Both the position numbers and the translations under genes were made by a program. A stretch of 64,000 nucleotides of DNA from an uncultured Phycisphaerales bacterium (GTDB lineage Bacteria; Planctomycetota; Phycisphaerae; Sedimentisphaerales; Anaerobacaceae). Of the stretch, positions 9,572 through 20,633 are shown piece by piece. The stretch lies in assembly GCA_963772725.1 (NCBI GenBank), contig CAVYYI010000002.1:128001-192000 (forward strand), written 5' to 3'. Numbering within the stretch: position 1 is the stretch's first letter; each line of letters starts with the position of its first letter. The notes under the pieces were generated by a model. The model was not told the origin of the DNA. It saw nothing but the letters and a program-made list of their open reading frames with translations, and searched no databases.

Positions 9572-11059
9572 ATGGTTAAAGACAAACAGGTAAGGAGATT
9601 GTTCGCTATGAAAAACAAATGCAAGACCTTATATCAGCTTGCAGACAAGGCTGGTATAAGCACTAAAACCGCCCGCAAGTATTTAAAAACGGGCGTGCTG
9701 CCCAGCCAATGCCAAGCTATCCACGACTGGCCCACCCATCCGGATGCCTTTGCAGGGGATTGGCCATGGGTTGAAGAATTCCTCAAAAACAACTCCGGTC
9801 TTGAATCTAAATCGCTTTTTGAGGCTCTGCAGCGTGAATATCCCGGTAAATACCAGGACAGCGAATTAAGAACCTTCCAGAGACGAGTAAAACAATGGAA
9901 AGCCTTGTCCGGTCCGGCTCAGGAAGTGTTTTTTCCACAAATCTATAAACCCGGCCAATGGTGCGAATCAGACTTTACCAGGATGAATAAGCTGGGTATC
10001 ACCATTTGCGGCATACCTTTTATTCACATGCTGTACCATTTTGTATTGTGTTTGTCGAACTGGGAAACCGTCACGGTATGTTTTTCAGAAAGCTATGAAA
10101 GTTTAAGTGCCGGTATTCAAAATGCCCTCTGGAAGTTAGGCGGCATACCACGCTATCATAGGACTGATAATTTAACCTGTGCGGTTAACAAGGTAGGCAA
10201 TCCTGAGGAATTCACGGCTAACTATCAGGGTCTTGCGAATCATTATGGTTTCCAAAGCTGTAAAATCCAGCCTCACTGTCCGAATGAAAACGGCGATATA
10301 GAGCAGCGTCATCACAGGTTAAAGAGAGCTGTTGAACAGGCGTTAATCCTTAGAGGAAGCAGAGATTTTAACAGCAGGAAAGATTATGAAATGTTTCTTG
10401 AAAAGCTGCTCGACCAACTCAATACCGGCCGCACAAAACTCTTGGCCGAAGAGTTAAAGGTTCTGCGGCAATTGCCAACCCGCAGGCATGAAGATTTCAC
10501 CAGGGATAAATGCAGGGTAAGTCGTGGCTGCACGGTCCGAGTTCTTAAGAACAGCTATTCTGTTCACAGCAGGCTTAGGGGAGAAAATGTTGACGTTCGA
10601 ATATATGCCGAACATATCGAAGTCTGGTATGCTCAAAGAAGAATTGAAGTATTGCCCAGATTACACGGTGAAAACGGTCATTACATCAATTACCGCCACG
10701 TTATAGATACCCTTGTTCGCAAACCCGGGGCGTTTGAGAACTATTGCTATAAAGATGATATGTTTCCCACAAGTCAGTTCAGGATCGCATATGATCTCCT
10801 GCGTGATCAACATGGGATGAAGCAGGGTAATAAGCAGTATCTGAAAATTCTTGAATTAGCTGCCAACGAAAGCCAGACATCTGTCAATGAAGCTTTGCGG
10901 TTCCTGATCAACCATGCAGATGCGATTGATTTTGATATGGTAGAACAAATAGTCAAATCCGAACAACAGCCGCCGGATGTCACTGACGTTTGTGTTGGCG
11001 ATATTGATCTGAACAGTTATGACTGTCTACTTGAATCGGCGGAGGCACTACTGGTATGA
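9572..11059 (+). CDS. istA: IS21 transposase IstA
   Basis: Same as copy 1 except one N/D change. Confidence 0.95.
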   Translation: MVKDKQVRRLFAMKNKCKTLYQLADKAGISTKTARKYLKTGVLPSQCQAIHDWPTHPDAFAGDWPWVEEFLKNNSGLESKSLFEALQREYPGKYQDSELRTFQRRVKQWKALSGPAQEVFFPQIYKPGQWCESDFTRMNKLGITICGIPFIHMLYHFVLCLSNWETVTVCFSESYESLSAGIQNALWKLGGIPRYHRTDNLTCAVNKVGNPEEFTANYQGLANHYGFQSCKIQPHCPNENGDIEQRHHRLKRAVEQALILRGSRDFNSRKDYEMFLEKLLDQLNTGRTKLLAEELKVLRQLPTRRHEDFTRDKCRVSRGCTVRVLKNSYSVHSRLRGENVDVRIYAEHIEVWYAQRRIEVLPRLHGENGHYINYRHVIDTLVRKPGAFENYCYKDDMFPTSQFRIAYDLLRDQHGMKQGNKQYLKILELAANESQTSVNEALRFLINHADAIDFDMVEQIVKSEQQPPDVTDVCVGDIDLNSYDCLLESAEALLV

Positions 11060-11820
11060 GTAAAAATGATCTGGATAATCAGCTTGTAAACCTTCTCAAA
11101 GAACTTCACCTGCCGATGTTCCGTGAATATTACGCCGAGTTCGCTCAGAAGGCTATCGCCGAAGATATGGGTTATTCACAATATCTATTGGAATTGGCTC
11201 AGCGTGAGTGTGATGTTCGCAGAGCCAATAAAATCGCAAGGCTGGTAAAAGCCTCAAAGCTTCCTATGGAAAAGACCATGGCAAACTTTGATTTTAAACG
11301 TATGCCGTTGAAGATACGTCAGCAGGTCAAAATTCTTTTGGAAGGTTCATTTGTTGACAGAACAGAGAATATTCTTGCATTTGGCAAACCCGGCAGCGGT
11401 AAGACACATTTACTGTGTGGTATCTGTCATGAACTTGCCCGGCAGGGAAAAAAGGTTTACTTTACTACGTGTGATATGATGTTGCAGGAGTTATTACGAG
11501 CCAAGCAGGAGTTGAAGCTGGACAAATGGCTCAAGAAGCTGTCACAGTACGAGGCATTGATGATAGATGACTTCGGCTATGTCAAACAGAACCGCGAGGA
11601 GATGGAGGTGCTGTTTACCTTATTAGCTCATTGTTATGAACGTGGCAGCGTGTTGATTACCAGCAATCTGCCGTTCAGTAAATGGGAAGTCATCTTTAAG
11701 GATCCGATGACCACTGCAGCAGCGATCGACCGGCTGGTACATCATAGTGTGATCCTTGAATTGAATGTACCGAGCTACCGAGCTGAGGAAGCTCAGAGAC
11801 GGAAAAATAAGGACACGTAA
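11056..11820 (+). CDS. istB: IS21 helper ATPase IstB
   Basis: Protein identical to copy 1. Confidence 0.95.
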   Translation: MSKNDLDNQLVNLLKELHLPMFREYYAEFAQKAIAEDMGYSQYLLELAQRECDVRRANKIARLVKASKLPMEKTMANFDFKRMPLKIRQQVKILLEGSFVDRTENILAFGKPGSGKTHLLCGICHELARQGKKVYFTTCDMMLQELLRAKQELKLDKWLKKLSQYEALMIDDFGYVKQNREEMEVLFTLLAHCYERGSVLITSNLPFSKWEVIFKDPMTTAAAIDRLVHHSVILELNVPSYRAEEAQRRKNKDT

Positions 11821-12504
11821 TGTCCGAAATTTTGCCCCCCATGGGGGGCACCTCCTAAAGGCTATAAGCTAAGGTAAGTGTTATGAAGTAACGGTAAAAA
11901 TAACTGTCGTTGAAGGGAAATTATAATTGACGCCGGACAGTTACTTTTGTTCCGTGAAATTCGAGCTTCAAATTTCTATCAAAATTCACTCTTAGAGCAT
12001 CCTTTTTGCTTTCACCCATTGGGTTCTCCAAATCAGAACAGTCAAAACTGGTTTGAACAGCATCCATAAGCTCTATACTATCAAATCAATATCAAATGCG
12101 CTACTTTAATATGGGAAATCCGGGATTGATTCTGATGTAAATGACTTTGAGAGTATAAGAAAATATTTTATTCCATAAGGATGCATCCAAATTGAGCTAT
12201 AGAATCAGGCTACGGGACTATTTTGTCATCCATGTGTAAAAAAATGTTGATTATTTTTGCCTGTTGTGAAAAAAACTATTTTAGCTAAAATGGACGGCTA
12301 TTTTACCTATTTTAACACAAAAGCTGCTTTTACGGGCTACCCATTTTGCTATTTTCAGTAAAAATGAAAAATTTTTAAAAAATTCTGATTTTCTTGTCCC
12401 ATTTTTGGCTTTGAAAATCGCCCTTATTCATAAGGGGATAATATGCGCAGATTTTTTAGGTAAAAAAGGTTGCAAAAATATCCAGAATATTTTAGAAATT
12501 TTTA

Positions 12505-12543
12505 TTGACAATATAAAAGCAGTCCGGTATGAATCGTATTCAT
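12505..12543 (+). promoter_or_regulatory. Candidate sigma70 promoter with an overlapping palindrome, upstream of the Rhs operon
   Basis: TTGACA-17 bp-TATGAA; ATGAAT-cgt-ATTCAT overlaps the -10. Confidence 0.45.
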
Positions 12544-12712
12544 GCTTTGGAATTTGGAAACATAAATAAATTACAAAGCCGGAGATTTTGCGGAATAATT
12601 GAATAACAACACAAATCTTTTTCAGAACAGGTTGGAAAAATTGTTTGAATTATTCTGGGAATAATAATTAAGCAGATAAACTCCGTTATATGAAAATTTG
12701 GAGGTCAGAATA

Positions 12713-14362
12713 ATGGTTAAGAGTATTGTTTGCATGTTATTGGTATTGTTTTGTTTTACCTGTTTGCCACAAAAATGTTTCGGAGATGCAAGCGACTTAT
12801 TCAACCAGGCGGATTCTTATATAAAGGCCAAGAACTATCAGCAGGCTGAAACTGTTTATAAAAGCATAATTCAACAGTACCCCGGCGCAGATAATGCTTT
12901 AATCGCAAACAGTCAGCTTGCGGTGATGTATATTTCCCAAAGAAGGAATAATGAGATAAGCGCAATAGTTACAGATATGATAGGCGATTTTCCGAATGAA
13001 CCCAATCTGTCGAAAGGACTCTATGTTATAGCAAGGAGATATTCGGGTGCTCAAAATTACGCAGAGGCAAAATGGCTTTATCAGAACATAATTGCCCGCG
13101 ATCCCAACAGCGCATACGCGGTCAAGTCGGCAATAGATGCGGCCAAGATAGATATATTCGTTTCGATTGAAAATAATAATGATATTAAAGCCCAGCCCGC
13201 AATTGATAAATTGGCCGCTGATTTTTCCGGTAAACCCGATGTGGCAGCGGCTTTATATTATATTGCCGAGAAATATGTCAAACGCACTAAATACGAAACA
13301 GCAAAAAGTCTTTACCAGAAGATAATCGAGCAATATCCAAACAGTCAGTATGCCGGTAAGGCTCGGTTCAATATCGCAAGGAATAACGCTATATTGCTGA
13401 TTGAGGCTGGTAAGGATACAGAGGCGGATTCAGCGGTTGACAGATTAGTTGCGGATTTTGCAAGCAATTCAGATTTACCCAAATCTCTTGGGCTGATTGC
13501 AGAGAAATATCTAAAGACATCCAAGTATGTACAGGCTCGAAATGTATATCAGCGGCAGAATCAATTATTTCCCAACAATCCTGCGGTTAACGGAATGGAT
13601 GTTCCCAAGGTAAATATTATGTGCCTGATTGCGGCGGGTACAACTGATGAGGCGGGGACGGCATTTAATAAGCTGCTGACGGACTATGCAGGCAATGCGG
13701 ATTTGCCGGAAGCTGCGTACGAGATAGGCAGAGTTTATGAAAAGAGCCGAAAATACTCCGAAGCGTTAAGCACATACGGGCGGATAATATCTTTATCCGG
13801 TGAAAACAGCATCTATGGCCGAAAGGCACAACTTGGCATAAGCAGGGTTAATATTGCTGCGCTTATAACCAGCGGTCAGGATGATAAGGTTGCTCCGGCT
13901 GTGGATAAGATGATTATAGATTTTACCGGCAATGTAGAATTGCCTTCAGCGATATATGTTGCAGCGGAAACATATTACAGTAAAAGTTACCCCGATATCG
14001 CTGCGCAAAAGGCCGGTCTGACAAAGGCTGTTGCATTGTTTGAGAGGGTGATAAACGGATATCCGTCCCATGGTTTGACACCGCGCGCATTATGCTGTGC
14101 GGGGGATTGCTACGGCAAAATAGACGATTATACCAAGGCGGTTACATATTATCAAAGGGTGGTTAATGATTATTCGAATTACAAACTCGCATGGCATGCA
14201 CTATTTATGGTTGGCCGCAATTATGAGATTATGTTGGAAAAGAAACTTATATCGAGGGCCGAGGCAATAGCAAAGATAAAGCCAGTTTATCAGCAGATTA
14301 TAACGAAGTATCCGACCTGTCAGGGAGCAAAGCATGCTCAAAAATGGCTCGGTTCAAACTGA
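12713..14362 (+). CDS. Exported tetratricopeptide-repeat protein (BamD/CpoB-like repeats)
   Basis: GGAGG RBS; signal peptide; repeated A...Y..II..YP.S..A TPR units. Confidence 0.85.
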   Translation: MVKSIVCMLLVLFCFTCLPQKCFGDASDLFNQADSYIKAKNYQQAETVYKSIIQQYPGADNALIANSQLAVMYISQRRNNEISAIVTDMIGDFPNEPNLSKGLYVIARRYSGAQNYAEAKWLYQNIIARDPNSAYAVKSAIDAAKIDIFVSIENNNDIKAQPAIDKLAADFSGKPDVAAALYYIAEKYVKRTKYETAKSLYQKIIEQYPNSQYAGKARFNIARNNAILLIEAGKDTEADSAVDRLVADFASNSDLPKSLGLIAEKYLKTSKYVQARNVYQRQNQLFPNNPAVNGMDVPKVNIMCLIAAGTTDEAGTAFNKLLTDYAGNADLPEAAYEIGRVYEKSRKYSEALSTYGRIISLSGENSIYGRKAQLGISRVNIAALITSGQDDKVAPAVDKMIIDFTGNVELPSAIYVAAETYYSKSYPDIAAQKAGLTKAVALFERVINGYPSHGLTPRALCCAGDCYGKIDDYTKAVTYYQRVVNDYSNYKLAWHALFMVGRNYEIMLEKKLISRAEAIAKIKPVYQQIITKYPTCQGAKHAQKWLGSN

Positions 14363-14371
14363 GCGGAGGTC

Positions 14372-14447
14372 AGTTTGAGAGTTTTGAGTTCGTAGTTCAT
14401 AGTTGGTAGAAAAGAAGTATAGTGTGTAGGAGCGTGGAGTGTAGGGC
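14372..14447. repeat. Heptamer repeat tracts (TAGTTCG-type, then TAGTGTG/GGAGTGT-type)
   Basis: GAGTTTT GAGTTCG TAGTTCA TAGTTGG TAG; about 22/25 match to 41324-41348. Confidence 0.7.
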
Positions 14448-14481
14448 AAATCAGAGAATTGGAATGAAGGGAGAATATAGA

Positions 14482-17400
14482 ATGGGCGCGAAGAGATTAT
14501 CGATTATAGTTCTGGTTTTCTGCGGACTGGTTATCATAAATCAGGGCTATGCATGTAATTTGGCTCCGACAGCGATATTATCGGCAGAACCTGATATTGT
14601 ACTTGTTGATGAAACAGTAATCCTTGACGGAAGTGATTCTTATGATTCGGATGGTACTATTGTCAAGTATGAATGGGACTTTGATTATGACGGCGATGTT
14701 AACAATTTTATACCAGATTATAACGAAACAAGCAGTAATTACGCAGACGGCACATTTGATGGTATAACGACATATCCGTATGATACGCTGGGGACATATA
14801 CAGTAGCGTTAAGAGTTACTGACGACGGCAACCTTGCTCTTACCGACATATATACCTGCACTATCAATGTAATCGCACCGGTATTTAATCTTACCCAGAG
14901 TAAGGAATACTGTTATATTCAGTCCGCGATTAATGAAGCGAATAATTTCGATGTTATTGAAGTTGATCCTGGAACATATCTGGAGAATATTGATTTTAAT
15001 GGGGTTAACTGTACGGTCAGAAGTACAGAACCCAATAACTGGCTGACAGTAGGTGCTACTATTATTCAAGCCCAAGATGCCAATTTTGCTACGGTTTCAT
15101 TTAGTAATTCCGAAGACGCTAATGCTGTGCTGGCTGGATTTAAAATAACTGGTGGCTTAAGTGGAATTGAATGTAATGATACATCTGCTACAATTAAAAA
15201 CTGCATTATTATGAGCAACGGGCAGTTAAGCGATACAGGTGGCGGTATTTATGGCTGCAATGATGCATCTCCATTAATTACAAACTGTTTTATAGTTGAT
15301 AATGATGCCAATTATGGTGCCGGTATTTACAGTGAAGATTCATCACCTGTTATTCGTAATTGTGTTATAAGCAAAAACTCTGCGGTCTACGATGGTGGAG
15401 GTATTTATGATGTGAATTCCACTGTTGAAATACTCAACTGCACACTTACCGACAACAATGCCGACAATGGAGGGGGGCTGTATTGTATAGGTTCTTTATC
15501 TGATCCCAATATAGTTAGCTGTATATTCTGGGATAATGAGGCAGTTACTGATGGCAATGAAATCTACAATGACGGTGCCGATCCAAACTTTAGGCGTTGC
15601 GATATAAAGGATTCGAACTTAAGTGGTAGCTGGAATACTAGTTTAGGCAACGATGATGGAGGTAACATTGACCAGGATCCGTTGTTTGTGATTACAGAAC
15701 CTGCATATCCAAACCTTGTATCTCGTTGGATGTTAGATGAAACCGAAGGCGCTATAGCACACGATTCAGCAGGTGGTCATAATGGAACCGTTACCGGTGC
15801 CTTATGGGAAACAGGGATATTAAATGGCGGGATAGATCTGGATGGTGATCAGGACTATGTTGACTTTGGTGATATTGATGAGTTCGAATTTGGAGACAGT
15901 AACTTTAGCATTTCTGCCTGGTTTTATAAGAAAGGCACACATAACTGGAATGACAGTGATCCTTCAAATGGTATGATTGTAAGTAAATATAACTGGGGCA
16001 GCAACTCCAGGCAGTGGTATTTGAGCCATAATAGTGATGGCAATTTAGTTTTCTATACAAATCCAACCGGCAGTAGTGATCATGAGAATTTAGTTTCTAC
16101 TTATACATGCAATAGCGGCCAGTGGTTCCATGTGGTGGCAGTCAGGAAAGGCTCAACGAAATCTCTATACATCAACTCGGTTTTTGACGTTAATGGTACT
16201 ACAGAGGGAGTTGTTACTGGCAAAACCGCTCATGTGCTTATCGGCTGCATTCAAGACCCAAGTCACAGGTACCAATTTTTTAATGGTATTATTGATGATG
16301 TACGTATTTACAATAAGGCGTTATCTGCCGATGATATTAACGAAATCTTTGAGTATGGTTTAATCAGCCAGCATAATTACCCTTTGGATTATGGCTTAGT
16401 CGGTCAGTATAATTACCGTTTGGATTACAACTCGCCTTGTGTAAATGCTGGCAATCCTGTTGCTAATGTAGGTAATTTTGATATAACCAATCAGCCAAGG
16501 ATATGTAATGCTCGTGTTGATATTGGGGCTGATGAATACTGCGGCGTTTACAATTCAACTCAGAAAGAATATTACTCCACCATACAATCGGCTATCGATA
16601 GCGCCAGTAACGGCGATGAAATTGTTGTGGCTCAGGGCCACTATTATGAGACGCTCAATTTTGATGGCAAACCAATACATCTTCGCAGTACCGATCCGAA
16701 TGATGATGATGTAGTAGCAGCAACGATAATAGATGCAAATAACGCTTCTCTGGATGTTGTAACGTTCAATACCGGCGAGAGTGTCAGTTCGATACTGGAA
16801 GGAATGACAATAAAAGGCGGAGATGACGGGATATATATATCTTCCGGCAGTTCACCGACAATTACCAAGTGTACAATTACCGGCAATGATAATTACGGGA
16901 TAAGTGTGAGTGCTACTAATTGTTCACCTGTGATTAGCAGATGCAGGATTATAAACAATACCGGTCAGCGCGGTATTGACAGTACAGGTGCTATGACATT
17001 GACCAATTGTGTTATTGCCAATAACAACACTGCCTCTTATGGATATGGTGTTTTTATTAATGGCACTACCGCCAAAAACTCTGTGATTACGAACTGCACT
17101 ATCTATGGTCACAAAAATTATGGCATATTCTGCAACACAACACCCAACTTTGCCAATATCAAGAACTGTATTATCTGGAACAATAGCGATGACTTATACC
17201 AGAGCAACATTACTTACAGTTGCATAGAAGACCAGGATAATGGGACAGGCAATATCCATGCAGAACCACAGTTCATCGATTCAGATGCAAATGATTTTCA
17301 TTTATGGTATTCTTCTCCGGCCATAGATGCGGGCGATCCTAACGATAGTTATTCAAATGAGCCGGCCCCCAATGGAAACAGGATAAATATGGGAGCTTAC

Positions 17401-20400
17401 GGAAATACCGATGAGGCAACCTCAAGTGCTGATACCGATGGAGATGGGATAGCAGACCAGTGGGAGATTGACCATTATCTTGACCCGAATGATGCCAATG
17501 ACGCTATCGCTGACCTGGATGGTGACGGTCTGCGTAACATCGATGAATATTACATAAACTGGGACCCGAACAGTGATGATTCTGGTTCAATATTCGGTCT
17601 TGTTCATAACGAAGCTACTGATATTAATTACCCGACCATATCTTTTGCCATACTGCAGGCAGAGAACAGTCAGGTAATCACAGTGCCAGAGGGTCATTAC
17701 TATGAGACGCTCAATTTTGATGGCAAACCAATACATCTTCGCAGTACCGATCCGAATGATGATGATGTAGTAGCAGCAACGATAATAGATGCAAATAACG
17801 CTTCTCTGGATGTTGTAACGTTCAATACCGGCGAGAGTGTCAGTTCGATACTGGAAGGAATGACAATAAAAGGCGGAGATGACGGGATATATATATCTTC
17901 CGGCAGTTCACCGACAATTACCAAGTGTACAATTACCGGCAATGATAATTACGGGATAAGTGTGAGTGCTACTAATTGTTCACCTGTGATTAGCAGATGC
18001 AGGATTATAAACAATACCGGTCAGCGCGGTATTGACAGTACAGGTGCTATGACATTGACCAATTGTGTTATTGCCAATAACAACACTGCCTCTTATGGAT
18101 ATGGTGTTTTTATTAATGGCACTACCGCCAAAAACTCTGTGATTACGAACTGCACTATCTATGGTCACAAAAATTATGGCATATTCTGCAACACAACACC
18201 CAACTTTGCCAATATCAAGAACTGTATTATCTGGAACAATAGCGATGACTTATACCAGAGCAACATTACTTACAGTTGCATAGAAGACCAGGATAATGGG
18301 ACAGGCAATATCCATGCAGAACCACAGTTCATCGATTCAGATGCAAATGATTTTCATTTATGGTATTCTTCTCCGGCCATAGATGCGGGCGATCCTAACG
18401 ATAGTTATTCAAATGAGCCGGCCCCCAATGGAAACAGGATAAATATGGGAGCTTACGGAAATACCGATGAGGCAACCTCAAGTGCTGATACCGATGGAGA
18501 TGGGATAGCAGACCAGTGGGAGATTGACCATTATCTTGACCCGAATGATGCCAATGACGCTATCGCTGACCTGGATGGTGACGGTCTGCGTAACATCGAT
18601 GAATATTACATAAACTGGGACCCGAACAGTGATGATTCTGGTTCAATATTCGGTCTTGTTCATAACGAAGCTACTGATATTAATTACCCGACCATATCTT
18701 TTGCCATACTGCAGGCAGAGAACAGTCAGGTAATCACAGTGCCAGAGGGTCATTACTATGAGACGCTCAATTTTGATGGCAAACCAATACATCTTCGCAG
18801 TACCGATCCGAATGATGATGATGTAGTAGCAGCAACGATAATAGATGCAAATAACGCTTCTCTGGATGTTGTAACGTTCAATACCGGCGAGAGTGTCAGT
18901 TCGATACTGGAAGGAATGACAATAAAAGGCGGAGATGACGGGATATATATATCTTCCGGCAGTTCACCGACAATTACCAAGTGTACAATTACCGGCAATG
19001 ATAATTACGGGATAAGTGTGAGTGCTACTAATTGTTCACCTGTGATTAGCAGATGCAGGATTATAAACAATACCGGTCAGCGCGGTATTGACAGTACAGG
19101 TGCTATGACATTGACCAATTGTGTTATTGCCAATAACAACACTGCCTCTTATGGATATGGTGTTTTTATTAATGGCACTACCGCCAAAAACTCTGTGATT
19201 ACGAACTGCACTATCTATGGTCACAAAAATTATGGCATATTCTGCAACACAACACCCAACTTTGCCAATATCAAGAACTGTATTATCTGGAACAATAGCG
19301 ATGACTTATACCAGAGCAACATTACTTACAGTTGCATAGAAGACCAGGATAATGGGACAGGCAATATCCATGCAGAACCACAGTTTACTAATGTAGATAA
19401 CAATGTTTTTTATCTTAGGTTGGGGTCTCCGGCGATTGATGCAGGCGACCCTACAAGTGATTTCTCGAAAGAACTTTACGGTGGTGGCGGCAGGATAGAC
19501 ATGGGGGCTTATGGAAATACGCCGTATGCTACAATTGATAGCGATGATGACGGATTACCTGATGGATGGGAGTACACCTATTGGCCTAATGATGATCCGA
19601 ATCAGCATGACCCCAATGATGACTCTGACAGCGATGGTTTCACTAATTACATCGAGTGGCTTTTCGATTATGACCCGACTGAAACGACAGTAATGCCCCT
19701 TGTACTTAACTGGTATGCTGTACCTCCGTATGTTCCATTAGGAACATCTCTCGAGATGGAATACCTGCTGAATAAAACCTCGGATGTGACAACCACATTT
19801 CGGAAGTCTTCCGGTTCAATAGTACGCCAATTTACACAACAATTACAGGCGGGCCTTACCTATGCAGATTGGGATCTCCTCGACAGCAACGGAGTAGCTG
19901 TGCCGGCAGATTGTTATAACATTATAGTAACCGCTGTTTATGTTTCAGACCCCAATGAGACGGCGACATTCAGCACTGTTGGCGGAAGTAATACATATCC
20001 ACAAATTACCAATTTTGTTGTTGATAACACCGATTTTGACCCATATAAAAATATATCGGCAACAATTGATTTTGATTTATCGGGAAACGGGAAAGTGTTT
20101 TTGGAAATTCAATTTAATAATATCTCACCTGATCCCCCAAACCGTGTGTTATTAAATAATGAACTGCTCCCCACAGGAAATTATACTTATTATTGGGATG
20201 GCAGAGACGGCAACGGCAATATTCCTGCGGGAGGAGATTGGGCTGTATATTATAGCGTTCCAGTTCCCGTCAATTCTTTAGGCGTGGTTGTATATCGTGA
20301 CCCGCCGCGTATAACAGAATTACGGTGTAACCAGTACCTTATAGTGCCGACATATCGTGAAGTTTCCAAAATAAGCTATACTTTATCAAAAAATGCCGAG

Positions 20401-20622
20401 GTTACTATAATAATAAACGATCCGGACGGCAATTATTTCAAGATGCTGCTTGAGCAAAGTGATGAATCTGCCGGTTCGCATGAGGTAATCTGGAATGGCA
20501 CGGATGATGACGGGAAATTTATTTCAACAGAAGGCGTATATGATGTGGAAATCACAACTGTTGACCCCAATAACTCGGATGTCAGTTCTGTAACCATAGG
20601 AACCATATCAGCATACAGGTAA
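14482..20622 (+). CDS. Giant secreted protein: PKD, parallel beta-helix, LamG, repeated beta-helix/Ca-binding DxDxDG modules, C-terminal FlgD-Ig-like domains
   Basis: Signal peptide MGAKRLSII...GYA; LDGSDSYDSDGTIVKYEWDF (PKD); FNGIIDDVRIYNKALS (LamG); DTDGDG; YWDGRDGNG and WNGTDDDG (FlgD-like). Confidence 0.85.
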   Translation: MGAKRLSIIVLVFCGLVIINQGYACNLAPTAILSAEPDIVLVDETVILDGSDSYDSDGTIVKYEWDFDYDGDVNNFIPDYNETSSNYADGTFDGITTYPYDTLGTYTVALRVTDDGNLALTDIYTCTINVIAPVFNLTQSKEYCYIQSAINEANNFDVIEVDPGTYLENIDFNGVNCTVRSTEPNNWLTVGATIIQAQDANFATVSFSNSEDANAVLAGFKITGGLSGIECNDTSATIKNCIIMSNGQLSDTGGGIYGCNDASPLITNCFIVDNDANYGAGIYSEDSSPVIRNCVISKNSAVYDGGGIYDVNSTVEILNCTLTDNNADNGGGLYCIGSLSDPNIVSCIFWDNEAVTDGNEIYNDGADPNFRRCDIKDSNLSGSWNTSLGNDDGGNIDQDPLFVITEPAYPNLVSRWMLDETEGAIAHDSAGGHNGTVTGALWETGILNGGIDLDGDQDYVDFGDIDEFEFGDSNFSISAWFYKKGTHNWNDSDPSNGMIVSKYNWGSNSRQWYLSHNSDGNLVFYTNPTGSSDHENLVSTYTCNSGQWFHVVAVRKGSTKSLYINSVFDVNGTTEGVVTGKTAHVLIGCIQDPSHRYQFFNGIIDDVRIYNKALSADDINEIFEYGLISQHNYPLDYGLVGQYNYRLDYNSPCVNAGNPVANVGNFDITNQPRICNARVDIGADEYCGVYNSTQKEYYSTIQSAIDSASNGDEIVVAQGHYYETLNFDGKPIHLRSTDPNDDDVVAATIIDANNASLDVVTFNTGESVSSILEGMTIKGGDDGIYISSGSSPTITKCTITGNDNYGISVSATNCSPVISRCRIINNTGQRGIDSTGAMTLTNCVIANNNTASYGYGVFINGTTAKNSVITNCTIYGHKNYGIFCNTTPNFANIKNCIIWNNSDDLYQSNITYSCIEDQDNGTGNIHAEPQFIDSDANDFHLWYSSPAIDAGDPNDSYSNEPAPNGNRINMGAYGNTDEATSSADTDGDGIADQWEIDHYLDPNDANDAIADLDGDGLRNIDEYYINWDPNSDDSGSIFGLVHNEATDINYPTISFAILQAENSQVITVPEGHYYETLNFDGKPIHLRSTDPNDDDVVAATIIDANNASLDVVTFNTGESVSSILEGMTIKGGDDGIYISSGSSPTITKCTITGNDNYGISVSATNCSPVISRCRIINNTGQRGIDSTGAMTLTNCVIANNNTASYGYGVFINGTTAKNSVITNCTIYGHKNYGIFCNTTPNFANIKNCIIWNNSDDLYQSNITYSCIEDQDNGTGNIHAEPQFIDSDANDFHLWYSSPAIDAGDPNDSYSNEPAPNGNRINMGAYGNTDEATSSADTDGDGIADQWEIDHYLDPNDANDAIADLDGDGLRNIDEYYINWDPNSDDSGSIFGLVHNEATDINYPTISFAILQAENSQVITVPEGHYYETLNFDGKPIHLRSTDPNDDDVVAATIIDANNASLDVVTFNTGESVSSILEGMTIKGGDDGIYISSGSSPTITKCTITGNDNYGISVSATNCSPVISRCRIINNTGQRGIDSTGAMTLTNCVIANNNTASYGYGVFINGTTAKNSVITNCTIYGHKNYGIFCNTTPNFANIKNCIIWNNSDDLYQSNITYSCIEDQDNGTGNIHAEPQFTNVDNNVFYLRLGSPAIDAGDPTSDFSKELYGGGGRIDMGAYGNTPYATIDSDDDGLPDGWEYTYWPNDDPNQHDPNDDSDSDGFTNYIEWLFDYDPTETTVMPLVLNWYAVPPYVPLGTSLEMEYLLNKTSDVTTTFRKSSGSIVRQFTQQLQAGLTYADWDLLDSNGVAVPADCYNIIVTAVYVSDPNETATFSTVGGSNTYPQITNFVVDNTDFDPYKNISATIDFDLSGNGKVFLEIQFNNISPDPPNRVLLNNELLPTGNYTYYWDGRDGNGNIPAGGDWAVYYSVPVPVNSLGVVVYRDPPRITELRCNQYLIVPTYREVSKISYTLSKNAEVTIIINDPDGNYFKMLLEQSDESAGSHEVIWNGTDDDGKFISTEGVYDVEITTVDPNNSDVSSVTIGTISAYR
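16644..19385 (+). repeat. About 2.6 apparently identical in-frame tandem copies of a 1056-bp (352 aa) unit
   Basis: Units start at ~16644, 17700 and 18756; shadow ORFs recur at exact 1056-bp spacing. Confidence 0.95.
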
Positions 20623-20633
20623 GGAATTGAATA

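Larger units (their letters stand above)
9469..11939 (+). mobile_element. IS21-family element, copy 2 (2471 bp), target duplication GTTACT, nested in IS1380
   Basis: GTTACT at 9463-9468 and 11940-11945; near-identical to copy 1. Confidence 0.95.
8194..12019 (-). pseudogene. IS1380 transposase, interrupted by IS21, with two frameshifts
   Basis: MGESKKDALRVNFDRNLKLEFHGTKV|TSDAGLLAYRELD..., LDMDSS, RGDAAF, RGTAEQWIKEGK, NQVRLQLFALAYNL. Confidence 0.9.
7963..12124 (-). mobile_element. IS1380-family element (~1685 bp without the nested IS21), target duplication ATTGA
   Basis: IRs CCGGGATTTCCCAT / ATGGGAAATCCGGG (13/14 match); ATTGA at 7958-7962 and 12125-12129. Confidence 0.92.

Noticed and set aside
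11834..11849. GCCCCCCATGGGGGGC palindrome as a standalone element
   Set aside because: It is internal to the IS21 right end and present in all three copies
1779..11939. Composite transposon or inversion formed by inverted IS21 copies 1 and 2
   Set aside because: Each copy has its own matching target duplication and both interrupted genes rebuild collinearly, so they are independent insertions
16644..19385. CRISPR array or DGR template/variable repeats
   Set aside because: Units are in-frame coding repeats without spacers or adenine-specific differences; no reverse transcriptase or cas gene in the window
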